Shown here piece by piece: positions 1-10,858 of a DNA stretch of 64,000 nucleotides. Both the position numbers and the translations under genes were made by a program. The DNA is from a virus. The stretch spans positions 7,044 through 71,043 of the IMG/VR virus record IMGVR_UViG_3300045806_000013, one strand, 5' to 3'. The notes below the pieces were generated by a model. The model was not told where the DNA came from and did not search any database. It saw only the letters and a program-made list of their open reading frames with translations. Each line of letters starts with the position of its first letter. The first letter of the stretch is position 1.

Positions 1-95
1 GTTCCTTGTTAACTGTTAGAGTGGGTGCAGAGGTGAGAGTCTGGTGATCCACGATTATATTTATAATGTTATCACATCTAGGATGCTAAGTCAAT

Positions 96-980
96 ATGCC
101 AGTAAGCCAATATTTCAATAATTACAACGCTAAGTACACTGAGCAACGCCTTGTCGAAGATTTAATTATTGAATCAATCAAAATACAAGGATTTGATGCG
201 TATTATCTACCGAATGATAATGACGCAGCGAGAGACTTGTTATATGGTGAAGACCCTACAAAGAGATTCACCAATGCATTCCCACTTGAAATGTACCTGT
301 CCAACGCTACTGACTACAATGGAGAGCGTGAAATGTTCTCTAAGTTTGGACTCGAAATAAAGAACCAAGTGTCAGTGATAGTATCCAAGCGTACATTCTC
401 ACAGCGAGTGCCCCAAACGCTTTTCACTAGACCAAGAGAAGGTGATCTGATATATGTACCATTCCTAAATGGAACTGGAGAATTATATGAGATCAAATTC
501 ACCAATCAAAATAAAGATTTCTTCATGTTAGGTCGTAAAGCTCCATACTTCTACGAACTTGAATTGGAAAAATTCAAATACTCACAAGAAGTTATCACTA
601 CTGGTATTTCGGATATTGACCAAGTGGTGGCAGATTCTGGGTATACGCTACATCTAACTACAGGTGTTGGAACGGGCGAATACAGTATCACTGAAATTGT
701 TTATCAAACTAATGATGGCACGTATGCAAATGGATTCTCGTTTGGATCGGTTCAAGACTGGGATCAGGCATCGAATACACTGTCAATAACAAATATTGCC
801 GGAGAATTTGTTGATGGTTCTGTTATCATTGGTTCAGTAAGTAATGCTCAATATTACCTATCCACATTCGACCCATTAAACGAGTCTATGGTCAAAGAAT
901 CATACGACAATGAGACTATTCAGACTGAAGCAACTCTTATTGTCAACACATCTGAACAAAATCCATTTGGCGGTATCTAA
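96..980 (+). CDS. gp14: Neck protein gp14
   Basis: T4-like gp14 motifs (LYGEDP, SKFGLEI, RPREGDLIY); synteny with gp15-gp18. Confidence 0.9.
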   Translation: MPVSQYFNNYNAKYTEQRLVEDLIIESIKIQGFDAYYLPNDNDAARDLLYGEDPTKRFTNAFPLEMYLSNATDYNGEREMFSKFGLEIKNQVSVIVSKRTFSQRVPQTLFTRPREGDLIYVPFLNGTGELYEIKFTNQNKDFFMLGRKAPYFYELELEKFKYSQEVITTGISDIDQVVADSGYTLHLTTGVGTGEYSITEIVYQTNDGTYANGFSFGSVQDWDQASNTLSITNIAGEFVDGSVIIGSVSNAQYYLSTFDPLNESMVKESYDNETIQTEATLIVNTSEQNPFGGI

Positions 981-1960
981 TGGCTAATACAACATACAAC
1001 AGGATGATTCGAAAGTTGACAGTAGCTTTTGGTGATCTATTCAACAATATCACATTGGTTCGTTACCACCCAGACGAAACGGAACAGGAAAGATTTGTTG
1101 TACCTATCGACTATGCAACTAAAGAACTATACGTTATGCGTCTGGAGGGTGATCCTAATTTAGACAAAAAAGTGCAGATCACACTACCAAGAATGTCATA
1201 TGAAATGAACGGATTGAAATATGATGCAACAAGAAAGCAGAATACAAATATAAAGAATTTTGCCAATGGTGCCAATGGCACAACAACTGCGCAGTATATG
1301 CCAGTGCCATATAATTTCGACTTTTCTTTGTATTTGTATGTTAGAAACATTGAGGACGGCAACCAGATTATAGAGCATATTCTACCATTCTTCACGCCAG
1401 ATTACACTATCAAAGTCAATATGATACCAGAAATGGGTATTGTGAAAGAAGTGCCAATTGTACTCAATGATACAAATTATGAAGTCACTTATGAAGGTGA
1501 TCGTAATTCGGACACCCGTATGGTTGTTTGGACATTGAACTTCACCGTTAAGGGATTTATTTTTGGAGCAGAGTCTACTGTTGGATTGATCCGAACATCA
1601 ATAACCAACATATACAACGATATAGAAGATTCAAGTTATGTGACGTTCAACCTAAACACTGGCGGTAATGGTAAATTCCAACAAGGAGAAATGGTATTTC
1701 AGGGGACATCATTGAATTTTAGCACAGCAACGGCTACTGTGGTTTCCTCGAACACATTGAATAGGACATTAACTGTCAGTGGATTAGATGGTCATTTTGT
1801 GTCAAATAATACATTGACAGGAGTCACTACCAATGCTCAGTGGTCTTTTAATTCATATAGTGTAACACCAAAAGAATATTCCAAGATAACAATAGTCCCC
1901 AACCCAACATCGGCCAACGCGAATAGTCAATATACATATACTACAACTATAACTGAATAA
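980..1960 (+). CDS. gp15: Tail sheath stabilizer/terminator gp15
   Basis: FGDLFNNI, LPRMSYE and QIIEHILPFFTP motifs; synteny. Confidence 0.9.
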   Translation: MANTTYNRMIRKLTVAFGDLFNNITLVRYHPDETEQERFVVPIDYATKELYVMRLEGDPNLDKKVQITLPRMSYEMNGLKYDATRKQNTNIKNFANGANGTTTAQYMPVPYNFDFSLYLYVRNIEDGNQIIEHILPFFTPDYTIKVNMIPEMGIVKEVPIVLNDTNYEVTYEGDRNSDTRMVVWTLNFTVKGFIFGAESTVGLIRTSITNIYNDIEDSSYVTFNLNTGGNGKFQQGEMVFQGTSLNFSTATATVVSSNTLNRTLTVSGLDGHFVSNNTLTGVTTNAQWSFNSYSVTPKEYSKITIVPNPTSANANSQYTYTTTITE

Positions 1961-1961
1961 T

Positions 1962-2390
1962 ATGAGTAAATTTGAAAAATCTATGGAAGATATATTTGAC
2001 GTTGCACCGAAAGTGATAGAAATTGTTTCACATGAAACATTACCTGAAGTTATTAAACCAGCGCCAGTAGATGGTCCAGATTTAACTGGTGACCTAAACG
2101 ATGCATATGATCAGACTAGAGCAAATTTACAGGATGTAATAGACCAAGGTAAAGAAGCTATGGATGAAATGCTTAGAATATCAAGAGAGTCTGAGAATCC
2201 AAGGGCATTTGAAGTTTATGCGACTCTGATGAAGGGTGTCGTGGATGCCAATAAAGAACTATTGTCAATCCAGAAGCAAATGAGAACCATGGACCCAAAA
2301 TCCACTGGGGGTGGTGGGACAACTATTGATAAGGCTATATTTGTTGGCTCGACCTCAGAACTATCAAAATTCCTAAAAAGTAACAAATAA
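1962..2390 (+). CDS. gp16: Terminase small subunit
   Basis: PRAFEV and IFVGSTSEL motifs; directly upstream of gp17. Confidence 0.9.
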   Translation: MSKFEKSMEDIFDVAPKVIEIVSHETLPEVIKPAPVDGPDLTGDLNDAYDQTRANLQDVIDQGKEAMDEMLRISRESENPRAFEVYATLMKGVVDANKELLSIQKQMRTMDPKSTGGGGTTIDKAIFVGSTSELSKFLKSNK

Positions 2391-3328
2391 TGTTAAGCAC
2401 CAGAGATTCATATCGTGACAACCCTTTGCTCAAGAAGGCTGGGGTTAAGTTAAATTATACACAAGAGCAGGTCGCTGAGTACCTGAAGTGTGCCAAAGAC
2501 CCAGTGTATTTTGCTGAAAATTACATAATGATTGTTAACGTGGATAGAGGTCTTATACCATTTGAAATGTGGGATTTCCAAAAGGAAATGGTCAATCTTT
2601 TCAAAGATAATAGATTCGTCATCACCAAATGCCCACGCCAAGTGGGTAAAACGACAACATCTGTGGCATATCTTTTGTGGCTGACACTATTTTCAGACTC
2701 ACAGAACGTGGCTGTGTTGGCTAATAAGGGGGCGTTGGCTCGGGATATTCTGGCTAAATATCAACTGGCATATGAAAACTTACCACCATGGCTGCAACAA
2801 GGCGTTATTACATGGAATAAGGGTAACGTTGAACTAGAAAATGGTTCTAAAATTATTGCGGCATCGACATCATCATCTGCAGTTCGTGGCGGTTCGTTTA
2901 ATTGTGTATTCTTGGATGAATTTGCATTCGTGCCCGCTAATATAGCCAATGAATTCTTCAATTCTGTATACCCGGTTATATCTTCCGGACAATCCACGAA
3001 AATTATCATAGTGTCCACGCCAAATGGAATGAATTTGTTCTATAAGCTGTGGATGGATGCGTTGGGTAAGAAAAATGGATATAAACCATTCTCAATCCAT
3101 TGGTCTATGGTTCCAGGTCGAACTCCTGAATGGAGAGAAGAGACGATACGTAACACTTCGCTTGAACAATTTAGACAGGAATTTGAGAGTTTTTCATATG
3201 ATGGAATTGTAACTGTATCTAATGATGTGTTGCAAAATGATATAAATACTGATATAATAACTGAATCGTTATCAATCGGAGATTTATATGAACGAATTCA
3301 AAGATATCAAAAAGAAGACAAACAGTAG
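2390..3328 (+). CDS. gp17: Terminase large subunit, N-terminal part, fused to a 46-aa N-intein
   Basis: Walker A PRQVGKTT and Walker B FLDEFAF; homology ends at FRQEFE (3187), then SFSYDG...IGDLYER resembles an intein N-terminus. Confidence 0.9.
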   Translation: MLSTRDSYRDNPLLKKAGVKLNYTQEQVAEYLKCAKDPVYFAENYIMIVNVDRGLIPFEMWDFQKEMVNLFKDNRFVITKCPRQVGKTTTSVAYLLWLTLFSDSQNVAVLANKGALARDILAKYQLAYENLPPWLQQGVITWNKGNVELENGSKIIAASTSSSAVRGGSFNCVFLDEFAFVPANIANEFFNSVYPVISSGQSTKIIIVSTPNGMNLFYKLWMDALGKKNGYKPFSIHWSMVPGRTPEWREETIRNTSLEQFRQEFESFSYDGIVTVSNDVLQNDINTDIITESLSIGDLYERIQRYQKEDKQ

Positions 3329-4448
3329 GGACATCAGCAAAGAACTTTTGGTCGATCTTTACTTTTCTAAAAACATGACACTAGATGAGATTGGAATACA
3401 CTTTGGTTATATCGACCGACAGCCAATCATGCGTCTATTCAAAAAGTATGAATTGAAAACGAGAAGCGTGAGAGACACTGCTAAAATTAAAAAAGAAATG
3501 AAAATTCCACCAAGGGAAGTTGTTGAACGGATGATAGAATGTGGGTCTGCTCTTGCTGCATCAAAAAAATACAACATTTCACGGAAAATGGTCACTAGCT
3601 ATCTAGAACACTACAATCTAAAACCTAATTATTTTGTAAACAAGGATATAACACCATCCATACTGGATATTAAGTTCAATAATAGCTCACCAAAGGAAAT
3701 ATCAATGGCGTTGGGTGTTGATATTAGTACGGTTAAGAAGTATAAAAAGGACTTTATAAGTCGTTCATATAGCGCCCCAGAAATTAGAGAAAAATTCGAA
3801 AAATATAACTACAATACAAAAAATAAAGGATTTATTAGGCAGTTGCAGTATGATGATGATAATCTTTACAATTCAATTTTAGAATTGACGAAGGACCATG
3901 CACTATATGGGGATAAGATAACAGAAAAAATCTATAGATTATTTAACAACTATTCTCCGGGCGATGTTGAAAAATGTAAGTATTGTTCTAATAGTCTAAA
4001 GTTCTACACATTTGAACTCGGATATGGAAACAGCGAACACAAAATCTGCGACTCTTGCAACAACTCTATAAATGGAGTTTCACTTGCCTCAAAGGACTTA
4101 TTTAATGCAGTGTATGAAAAATTAAAGCCAACTCTAACTGAAAATGATGTCTGTCACTATGATTCACTGAATAACGAAATTGAGGTATGTGTGACTGAGG
4201 ATGACTTTAGGTCGCTACCAGAACACACATACTATCTAAATAGGACATACTATCGATTGGATTTTCTATTTAACAGGAAAGTAATCGAATTTGACGGTGC
4301 ATACTATCACACAGAACCAAAGAAAGAATTGGCTAAAGACGCATTTTTGAACCTGAAGGGTTATGAAGTTATGCATATCATAGATAAAGATTATTATAAA
4401 AACAAAGATGAAACGATCCAAAGATGTCTAAACTTCCTGAATCAGTAG
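3288..4448 (+). CDS. Free-standing homing endonuclease (Vsr/DUF559-like PD-(D/E)xK) between split-intein halves
   Basis: HTH repeats, CxxC pairs, LDF...IEFDGAYYH motif; late promoter TATAAATA at 3241-3248. Confidence 0.8.
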   Translation: MNEFKDIKKKTNSRDISKELLVDLYFSKNMTLDEIGIHFGYIDRQPIMRLFKKYELKTRSVRDTAKIKKEMKIPPREVVERMIECGSALAASKKYNISRKMVTSYLEHYNLKPNYFVNKDITPSILDIKFNNSSPKEISMALGVDISTVKKYKKDFISRSYSAPEIREKFEKYNYNTKNKGFIRQLQYDDDNLYNSILELTKDHALYGDKITEKIYRLFNNYSPGDVEKCKYCSNSLKFYTFELGYGNSEHKICDSCNNSINGVSLASKDLFNAVYEKLKPTLTENDVCHYDSLNNEIEVCVTEDDFRSLPEHTYYLNRTYYRLDFLFNRKVIEFDGAYYHTEPKKELAKDAFLNLKGYEVMHIIDKDYYKNKDETIQRCLNFLNQ

Positions 4449-5653
4449 TATTAAACCATAAAAAACTAAAAATAGAATCCCCAGAAGGCTTTGTTGATTT
4501 TCTGGGGATCAATAAAATAACCAAAGACTCTTATATTCATCTTAAGTTTACCGATGGTTCTGAACTAAAATGCTCCGAAGATCATCCGATATCCACCATA
4601 AATGGGACAGTAAGAGCTAAAAATCTAGACAAGAAAACACTCATAGAGAATAAGTCCCATGGGTGTTTTGTCACATCAAAAAGACACATAAAGAGAAAAA
4701 TAAATCTTTATGACATTGTAAATTCAGGAACAAAACACCTATACTACTCAAATGGTATAGTTTCTCACAACTGTGAATTCTTAGGTTCAACCAACACACT
4801 AATATCAGGCGAAAAACTTCAACAATTGACCTATTTTGACCCTGTATATGAGCATGACAAGGTTAAAATATACGAAAGACCTATCAAAGCCGACGATGAA
4901 AACAGTAAAGATCATTTATATGCTATGACTGTGGACGTTTCTGAGGGTAAGAATCTAGACTCTTCCGCGTTTTCTGTTTTTGATATATCACAGATACCAT
5001 ATAAGCAAGTAGCATCCTATCACAGTTCGTCAATTTCACCTGTGCTATTCCCAACAATCATTTACAATGCAGCCAGATTATATAATGATGCGTATGTCTT
5101 AATTGAAATAAATAACACACCACAGGTCGCGGACACGCTCCACAGCGAACTAGAGTATGAAAATCTATGGAAAGTGTTCACTGGCAATAAAAAGCCACAG
5201 CAACTTTCTGCGGGATTTGCCAGAGGTGTTCAGCTAGGCATTAAGATGTCCCCACAGGTAAAGCGCATCGGCTGTTCCAATATGAAAATGTTGATCGAAA
5301 GTGATCGGATGATCATAAATGACTTCGACACCATATCCGAACTTACAACATTCATTGCCGACAAGAACTCGTTTGCTGCGGAAGAAGGTTCTAATGATGA
5401 TTTGGTGATGACTCTCGTTTTATTCTCTTGGGCAACAACTCAAAAGTATTTCAAGGAAATCGTGAGCCATGACATCAGAAAACAGATGCAGCTTGATGTT
5501 TTAAATCAATTAGACGACGAGACGTTAGTTGACCCAATTATAGAAAGTCCATATAGCGAAAACCTTGAATTGGTCGGTGGTGACTTGTGGGATGCAACAT
5601 CTGGTGGGGGTGTGTATGATGGTTTCTTCCGGGATATGTATAAAAATATGTAA
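4424..5653 (+). CDS. gp17: 116-aa C-intein fused to the terminase large subunit C-terminal nuclease part
   Basis: Block B (CSEDH), block F (LYDI), block G (NGIVSHN) then CEFLGS at 4772; terminase nuclease motifs VDVSEG and NDDLVM. Confidence 0.9.
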   Translation: MSKLPESVVLNHKKLKIESPEGFVDFLGINKITKDSYIHLKFTDGSELKCSEDHPISTINGTVRAKNLDKKTLIENKSHGCFVTSKRHIKRKINLYDIVNSGTKHLYYSNGIVSHNCEFLGSTNTLISGEKLQQLTYFDPVYEHDKVKIYERPIKADDENSKDHLYAMTVDVSEGKNLDSSAFSVFDISQIPYKQVASYHSSSISPVLFPTIIYNAARLYNDAYVLIEINNTPQVADTLHSELEYENLWKVFTGNKKPQQLSAGFARGVQLGIKMSPQVKRIGCSNMKMLIESDRMIINDFDTISELTTFIADKNSFAAEEGSNDDLVMTLVLFSWATTQKYFKEIVSHDIRKQMQLDVLNQLDDETLVDPIIESPYSENLELVGGDLWDATSGGGVYDGFFRDMYKNM

Positions 5654-5724
5654 AAAAATGGTTTCATAAATAACCTTATGGCATCTATTGCCTAATAACA
5701 GAATAAATCAAGGAGAAGAAACAA

Positions 5725-7497
5725 ATGACAATTTCTCAATTATCTCCGGGAGTTGCAGTAAACGAAGTGAATCTGACTACTATTGTCCCTTCCGTTTTAA
5801 CAACAGCCGGTGCATATGTGGGTCCATTCGCATGGGGACCAGTAAATTCAATAGTTCCCGTTAGCACAGAACAAGTATTGGTGGGCACATTCGGAAAACC
5901 GACCAATGGAAATGCAAATTCATGGTTTACCGCATCATCTTTCCTTGCATATGGAAACAACCTAAACATTATCCGCACTGCGAACAGCGCAACATATAAC
6001 GCTTCCGCAAATTCATTGGCACCAGTACAAATTCAGAATGCGCAAGCGTTCCAATTCAACTATCTACCAAATGGTGCAGCTAATACATACGGACCTTTCG
6101 TGGCTCGTTATCCTGGCGTTTTGGGTAATTCACTTACTATCGCAGTGCTAGATGGTGGTTCTTCTGCATCACAATTCAGTAATTGGACAGTTCCTATCAT
6201 AAATGCGGCAGGTTCAAACTATGCTAACGTGGCATTGGCTGGGTTCTTTGGTACTGCACCCGGAACATCTTATTTTGCATCACAAGTAGGTGCGGCAAAC
6301 GACGAAATTCACATTGCTGTTGTGGACACTGGCGGTCTGGTTTCTGGTACCCAAGGAACAGTTCTTGAAGTATATCCATTCCTCTCAAAAGCTGTCGATG
6401 GTGTTGATAAGAATGGCGTATCAAACTATTACAAAAATGCAGTGTTTAACACGTCACAATATGTGTATGCAGTCGATCAATTGAATTATGCCTCCAATAA
6501 TGGAAAAGCGAACTCATGGGGTCAGATGGCAGCTAATGTGGCATTTGCAACAGTATCTGGACCACAATCATTTGCGATGTCTGGTGGAACTGAAGTATAT
6601 CCACAAGATGGGGACATCGTCAATTCTTATACAATGTTCTCCGATCCAGTGTCGTCACAGGTTTCATTACTAATGACCGGTCCATGGGATGTTACTGTGC
6701 AACAAAATGCGGTAAATATTGCAGCAACTCGTAAAGATTGCGTGGCCTTTGTGTCACCACCTCAGTCCGCTGTTGTGAACAACTCAGGCAATGAACAAAC
6801 AAGCGTCATTAGCTGGTATAACACACTGTCTAGCATTACAGGTAGTCCAAGTGGTAGCTATGGGTTTGCTGACTCTGGTTGGAAATATATGTTCGATAAG
6901 TATAACAATACATATCGTTGGGTTCCATTGAATGGTGATATTGCTGGTCTATGTGTAAGCACAGACTCTACAAATGCTCCATGGTGGTCTCCTGCTGGCT
7001 TCAATCGTGGTGCCGTTAAGAATGCTATCAAACTGGCATGGAATCCAACTAAGCCACAACGTGATGCAATTTACCCTTATGGTGTTAATCCCGTTGCAGC
7101 ATTCCCAGGTAATGGTACTGTGTTGTTTGGTGACAAAACCATGCAAGTTAAGCCATCTGCATTTGATCGCATCAATGTCCGTAGATTGTTTATTGTTCTT
7201 GAACAGGCTATTGCTAAAGCTGCGCAATATTCTTTGTTTGAATTTAACGACCAGTTCACACAAGCACAATTTGTGGCATTGGTAACTCCATTCTTGACAC
7301 AAATACAAGGACAGCGTGGCATCACTGCGTTCGAGGTTGTTTGCAATTCCACAAACAATACCCCTGCTGTGATTAATGCTAACCAATTTGTAGGTGATAT
7401 ATACATCCAACCTGCTCGTTCGATCAATTACATCCAATTGAACTTTACTGCTGTTGGTACTGGCGTTAACTTCTCGACAGTTGTTGGTCAAGCTTAA
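5725..7497 (+). CDS. gp18: Tail sheath protein
   Basis: SPGV N-terminus, WWSPAGFNRG, FDRINVRRLF, PARSINYI. Confidence 0.95.
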   Translation: MTISQLSPGVAVNEVNLTTIVPSVLTTAGAYVGPFAWGPVNSIVPVSTEQVLVGTFGKPTNGNANSWFTASSFLAYGNNLNIIRTANSATYNASANSLAPVQIQNAQAFQFNYLPNGAANTYGPFVARYPGVLGNSLTIAVLDGGSSASQFSNWTVPIINAAGSNYANVALAGFFGTAPGTSYFASQVGAANDEIHIAVVDTGGLVSGTQGTVLEVYPFLSKAVDGVDKNGVSNYYKNAVFNTSQYVYAVDQLNYASNNGKANSWGQMAANVAFATVSGPQSFAMSGGTEVYPQDGDIVNSYTMFSDPVSSQVSLLMTGPWDVTVQQNAVNIAATRKDCVAFVSPPQSAVVNNSGNEQTSVISWYNTLSSITGSPSGSYGFADSGWKYMFDKYNNTYRWVPLNGDIAGLCVSTDSTNAPWWSPAGFNRGAVKNAIKLAWNPTKPQRDAIYPYGVNPVAAFPGNGTVLFGDKTMQVKPSAFDRINVRRLFIVLEQAIAKAAQYSLFEFNDQFTQAQFVALVTPFLTQIQGQRGITAFEVVCNSTNNTPAVINANQFVGDIYIQPARSINYIQLNFTAVGTGVNFSTVVGQA

Positions 7498-7523
7498 TAA
7501 ATAACAGTCAATAGGAGAAAACA

Positions 7524-8105
7524 ATGGCAACACCATTTCAAATCGATAGCTTCAGATCAAACTTCGTTGGCGACGGTGCGCGTCCTAACCTGTTCCAAGT
7601 TATCATGGTACCACCAACGAATCTACAGACGGCAACAACGCTAGATGCAGATTCGATCACATTCATGGCTAAAGCTGCGCAGTTGCCGGGTTCTACCGTA
7701 GGCACTGTGTCGCAATATTACTTTGGGCGTGAAATGAAATTTGCAGGAAACAGAACTTTCGCAGATTGGACTATTACAGTAATCAATGATGAATCATTCA
7801 AAATCCGCAATGCAATAGAAGAATGGATGAATGCTATCAACGGTAATGCAAGCAACGTTAGAAATTCTGGGGCTGTTGCTCCATTGAATTACACTACCAA
7901 TGCACTGATTAATCAGTACAGCAAGAATGGCGTTAGCACAAACGCAGGCGAAACCCAACCAGGAGTGCTGAAGAGCTATAATTTCTATGGTATGTTCCCA
8001 GTTGATATTTCACCAATTGATGTCGATTGGGGCACGAATGACACTATTGAAGAATTCACAGTGACATTTGCATATCAATACTGGACAGCGGCTTCTACAT
8101 CTTAA
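7524..8105 (+). CDS. gp19: Tail tube protein
   Basis: GARPNLF, AGNRTFADWTITV, IEEFTVTFAYQYW. Confidence 0.95.
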   Translation: MATPFQIDSFRSNFVGDGARPNLFQVIMVPPTNLQTATTLDADSITFMAKAAQLPGSTVGTVSQYYFGREMKFAGNRTFADWTITVINDESFKIRNAIEEWMNAINGNASNVRNSGAVAPLNYTTNALINQYSKNGVSTNAGETQPGVLKSYNFYGMFPVDISPIDVDWGTNDTIEEFTVTFAYQYWTAASTS

Positions 8106-8116
8106 GCCCTATAATT

Positions 8117-8142
8117 AGAGGGGACTGCGGTCCTCTCTTTTT
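8117..8142 (+). terminator. Rho-independent terminator
   Basis: agaggggac-tgcg-gtcctctct followed by a T-run. Confidence 0.8.
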
Positions 8143-8265
8143 TACGTCTATGAAAAACACAAACACATTACATGTTAACTCTAAATCATCTGGTATCGGT
8201 GATCGTATTTTTGCGCACACTAAATACTCAGTCGAATTTAGATATATCATGAAAGAAGTTACATA

Positions 8266-9966
8266 ATGGCAACCAATACAAATAAATTTTCACTCTTTGG
8301 GTTCACCATATCAAGGGGAGACGACAAACAAGAAACGCAACAAAGTTTTAGTCCGCCTAGCAATGATGATGGAGCTTTAACGATTACAAGTGCTGCATAC
8401 TATGGTACTTATGTTGATTTAGATGGCACCGCAAAAAATGAAGTAGAACTTATATCCAGATATCGTGAAATGGCAATGCAGCCTGAAATAGAATCTGCTA
8501 TTGATGATATCGTCAACGAAGCTATCTGCCAAGACGACGATGGTAAGATTATTCAAATCGTGCTTGATGATCTAAAACAACCACAAAAAATTAAAGATGC
8601 CATTAAGACGGAATTCAACACCATCATGAAGTTGTTGAACTACACAGACATGGCACAAGACATCTTCCGTAGATACTACATTGATGGAAAATTGTATTAC
8701 CATCTGATCGTTGATAAAGAAGCGCCAACACAAGGAATCAAAGAACTCCGTTATATTGATCCTCGCAAATTACGCAAGATTCGTGAAGTCAAGAAACAAA
8801 AAGACGAACGCACTGGTGTTGAAGTTGTAAATACCGTCAATGAATACTACATCTTCAATGATAAGGTTTCTACTGGGGCATCATCCAACTATGGTCCGGT
8901 GGGCACCAGAATCACCACAGACTCTATTGTAGCCGTTGTATCGGGTCTTATGGACTCGCGTAGATCAATTGTACTGTCATACCTACACAAAGCAATTAAA
9001 CCGCTCAATCAGCTTCGTATGATTGAAGATGCGACAGTTATCTATCGTATTTCCCGTGCACCTGAACGTAGAATTTTTTACATTGACGTTGGCAACCTCC
9101 CTAAGCTGAAAGCAGAGCAATACCTACGCGATATTATGGTTAAGTACAAGAATAAACTTGTGTACGATGCCAATACTGGTGAAGTTCGTGATGATCGTAA
9201 ATTCCTTTCTATGATGGAAGACTTTTGGCTACCACGTAGAGAGGGTGGCAAGGGAACAGAAATCACAACACTGCCCGGTGGTCAAAATCTAGGTGAGTTG
9301 GAAGACGTTAAATATTTTGAAAAGAAATTGTACAAGTCATTGAATGTGCCGGTATCTAGACTAGACCCAAACAGTTCTGGATTCTCTTTGGGTAGAGTTG
9401 GAGAAATTACACGAGACGAATTAAAGTTTGCAAAATTTGTGGGACGTATGCGTTCCAAGTTTTCAGATTTATTCGATCAATGTTTGCGAATTCAATGTGT
9501 GCTTAAAGGTATTTGCACTGATGCAGAATGGAATGAGTTTAAAGAACATGTCCACTATAACTTCATCAAAGATAACAACTTCTCAGAATTAAAAGAAGCT
9601 GAATTAATGAAGGAACGACTGACTCTATTGGGTGAAGTTGATCCATATACTGGTCGTTATTTCTCCCAAGCTTGGATTCAACGTACTGTTCTTCGTCTTA
9701 CTGATGATGAAATTACTAAGATGGAATCTGAAATTGAAGAAGAAAAAGAAGCTGGTATGGGATTGCCTGTGCAGGTTATGAATGACGTTGCACAACAACA
9801 AATGGTATCTAATATTGGTCAAGGTGATAACGAACATCAGGCTGAATTGGATAGGGAAACCCAATCCCAGGCAGCAGAGCAACAAGCAAAACTGATTAAG
9901 AAGCAAGTAAAAAAAGAAGAGAGTGATCCAACACTCGGTATTGTAAAACGAACCCTATTGGGATAA
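8266..9966 (+). CDS. gp20: Portal vertex protein
   Basis: YRISRAPERRIFYIDVGNLP and EDFWLPRREGGKGTEITTLPG motifs. Confidence 0.97.
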   Translation: MATNTNKFSLFGFTISRGDDKQETQQSFSPPSNDDGALTITSAAYYGTYVDLDGTAKNEVELISRYREMAMQPEIESAIDDIVNEAICQDDDGKIIQIVLDDLKQPQKIKDAIKTEFNTIMKLLNYTDMAQDIFRRYYIDGKLYYHLIVDKEAPTQGIKELRYIDPRKLRKIREVKKQKDERTGVEVVNTVNEYYIFNDKVSTGASSNYGPVGTRITTDSIVAVVSGLMDSRRSIVLSYLHKAIKPLNQLRMIEDATVIYRISRAPERRIFYIDVGNLPKLKAEQYLRDIMVKYKNKLVYDANTGEVRDDRKFLSMMEDFWLPRREGGKGTEITTLPGGQNLGELEDVKYFEKKLYKSLNVPVSRLDPNSSGFSLGRVGEITRDELKFAKFVGRMRSKFSDLFDQCLRIQCVLKGICTDAEWNEFKEHVHYNFIKDNNFSELKEAELMKERLTLLGEVDPYTGRYFSQAWIQRTVLRLTDDEITKMESEIEEEKEAGMGLPVQVMNDVAQQQMVSNIGQGDNEHQAELDRETQSQAAEQQAKLIKKQVKKEESDPTLGIVKRTLLG

Positions 9967-9978
9967 CAGGAGAACAAA

Positions 9979-10569
9979 ATGAGTACAAGAGATATCATTG
10001 ACTATGCAGTAAGCGACAACGCTGTTGAATTCAGAAACGCTATGTATGCTGCTATCCACGATAGAGTTACGGCAGCTATTGAATCTAAGAAGCAAGAGAT
10101 TGCGCAGAATCTGGTGACACAATCTGAGAGTGTTGAGGCACTTGATGAATTGAGTAAAAAGACTTTGGGTTCGTATACACGGAAAGCATCCAGCGACAGA
10201 GCGGATAATGCATGGGTATCAGGTAGGTCACACACTGATAGCCCAGAAGACAAAAGAGAAAGAAAAGACGCTACGCGAAAAGAAGTGTTGCGCCAGACTG
10301 GGATTGGTAAAGCTGTTCACCGTCTATCAAAAGAAGAAGTTGAACTACAGACAGAAGAATCTGGTCAATTTCGTCTAGTCTCTAAGCATGGTGAAGGTAA
10401 GCATACTGCTAAAGTATACAAAGACCGTGAATGGGGTGAATATCGTGTTAGGCATTACAGAGACGGAAAGCATATAGGTGAAGATTCTGACAGCCACCAT
10501 GACGACCTGAAAGATGCTCAAGGCTCTGCCGAAGCAAATATCGAATTCATGGATAAGAACCACAAATAA
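9979..10569 (+). CDS. Prohead core protein (gp67-like N-terminus) with C-terminal extension
   Basis: Follows gp20; helical N-terminus; carries the ELSKKTLGSY module shared with 58975 and 60561. Confidence 0.6.
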   Translation: MSTRDIIDYAVSDNAVEFRNAMYAAIHDRVTAAIESKKQEIAQNLVTQSESVEALDELSKKTLGSYTRKASSDRADNAWVSGRSHTDSPEDKRERKDATRKEVLRQTGIGKAVHRLSKEEVELQTEESGQFRLVSKHGEGKHTAKVYKDREWGEYRVRHYRDGKHIGEDSDSHHDDLKDAQGSAEANIEFMDKNHK

Positions 10570-10853
10570 TGAAACCTTTCAAAGACTTTCTAATAAAAGA
10601 GTCTGTCGTTGAAATAGACGATAGTATTCTTTTACCTGAAGGTTTCGTTTACTCAGAAGAACCTGAACTTGAAGGTATCATCACAGAAGAAAAAGGTGGT
10701 GATCCTCCAGCGGTTCTAGTTATGCGTAGAACGGCAATTCGAATGTTCCCAAATGGACAGAAAATTGCGTTATACAAAGTAGACAAATTGAACAAATTCA
10801 TAACGGTTCCATACGACGATAAAGATAGTATGATTATGACCACTAATAAATAG
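10569..10853 (+). CDS. Hypothetical prohead protein with CTS-like N-terminus
   Basis: Starts MKPFKDFLIKE; located in the head gene cluster. Confidence 0.5.
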   Translation: MKPFKDFLIKESVVEIDDSILLPEGFVYSEEPELEGIITEEKGGDPPAVLVMRRTAIRMFPNGQKIALYKVDKLNKFITVPYDDKDSMIMTTNK

Positions 10854-10858
10854 AATCT

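Noticed and set aside
3188-4771. Group I intron in gp17
   Set aside because: The interval is fully protein-coding with clear intein blocks, and I could not identify P/Q/R/S core elements
6949-7536. Long antisense ORFs over gp18, gp23, gp45 and the TROVE-like gene
   Set aside because: Shadow frames of strongly biased sense genes with no RBS or recognisable motifs
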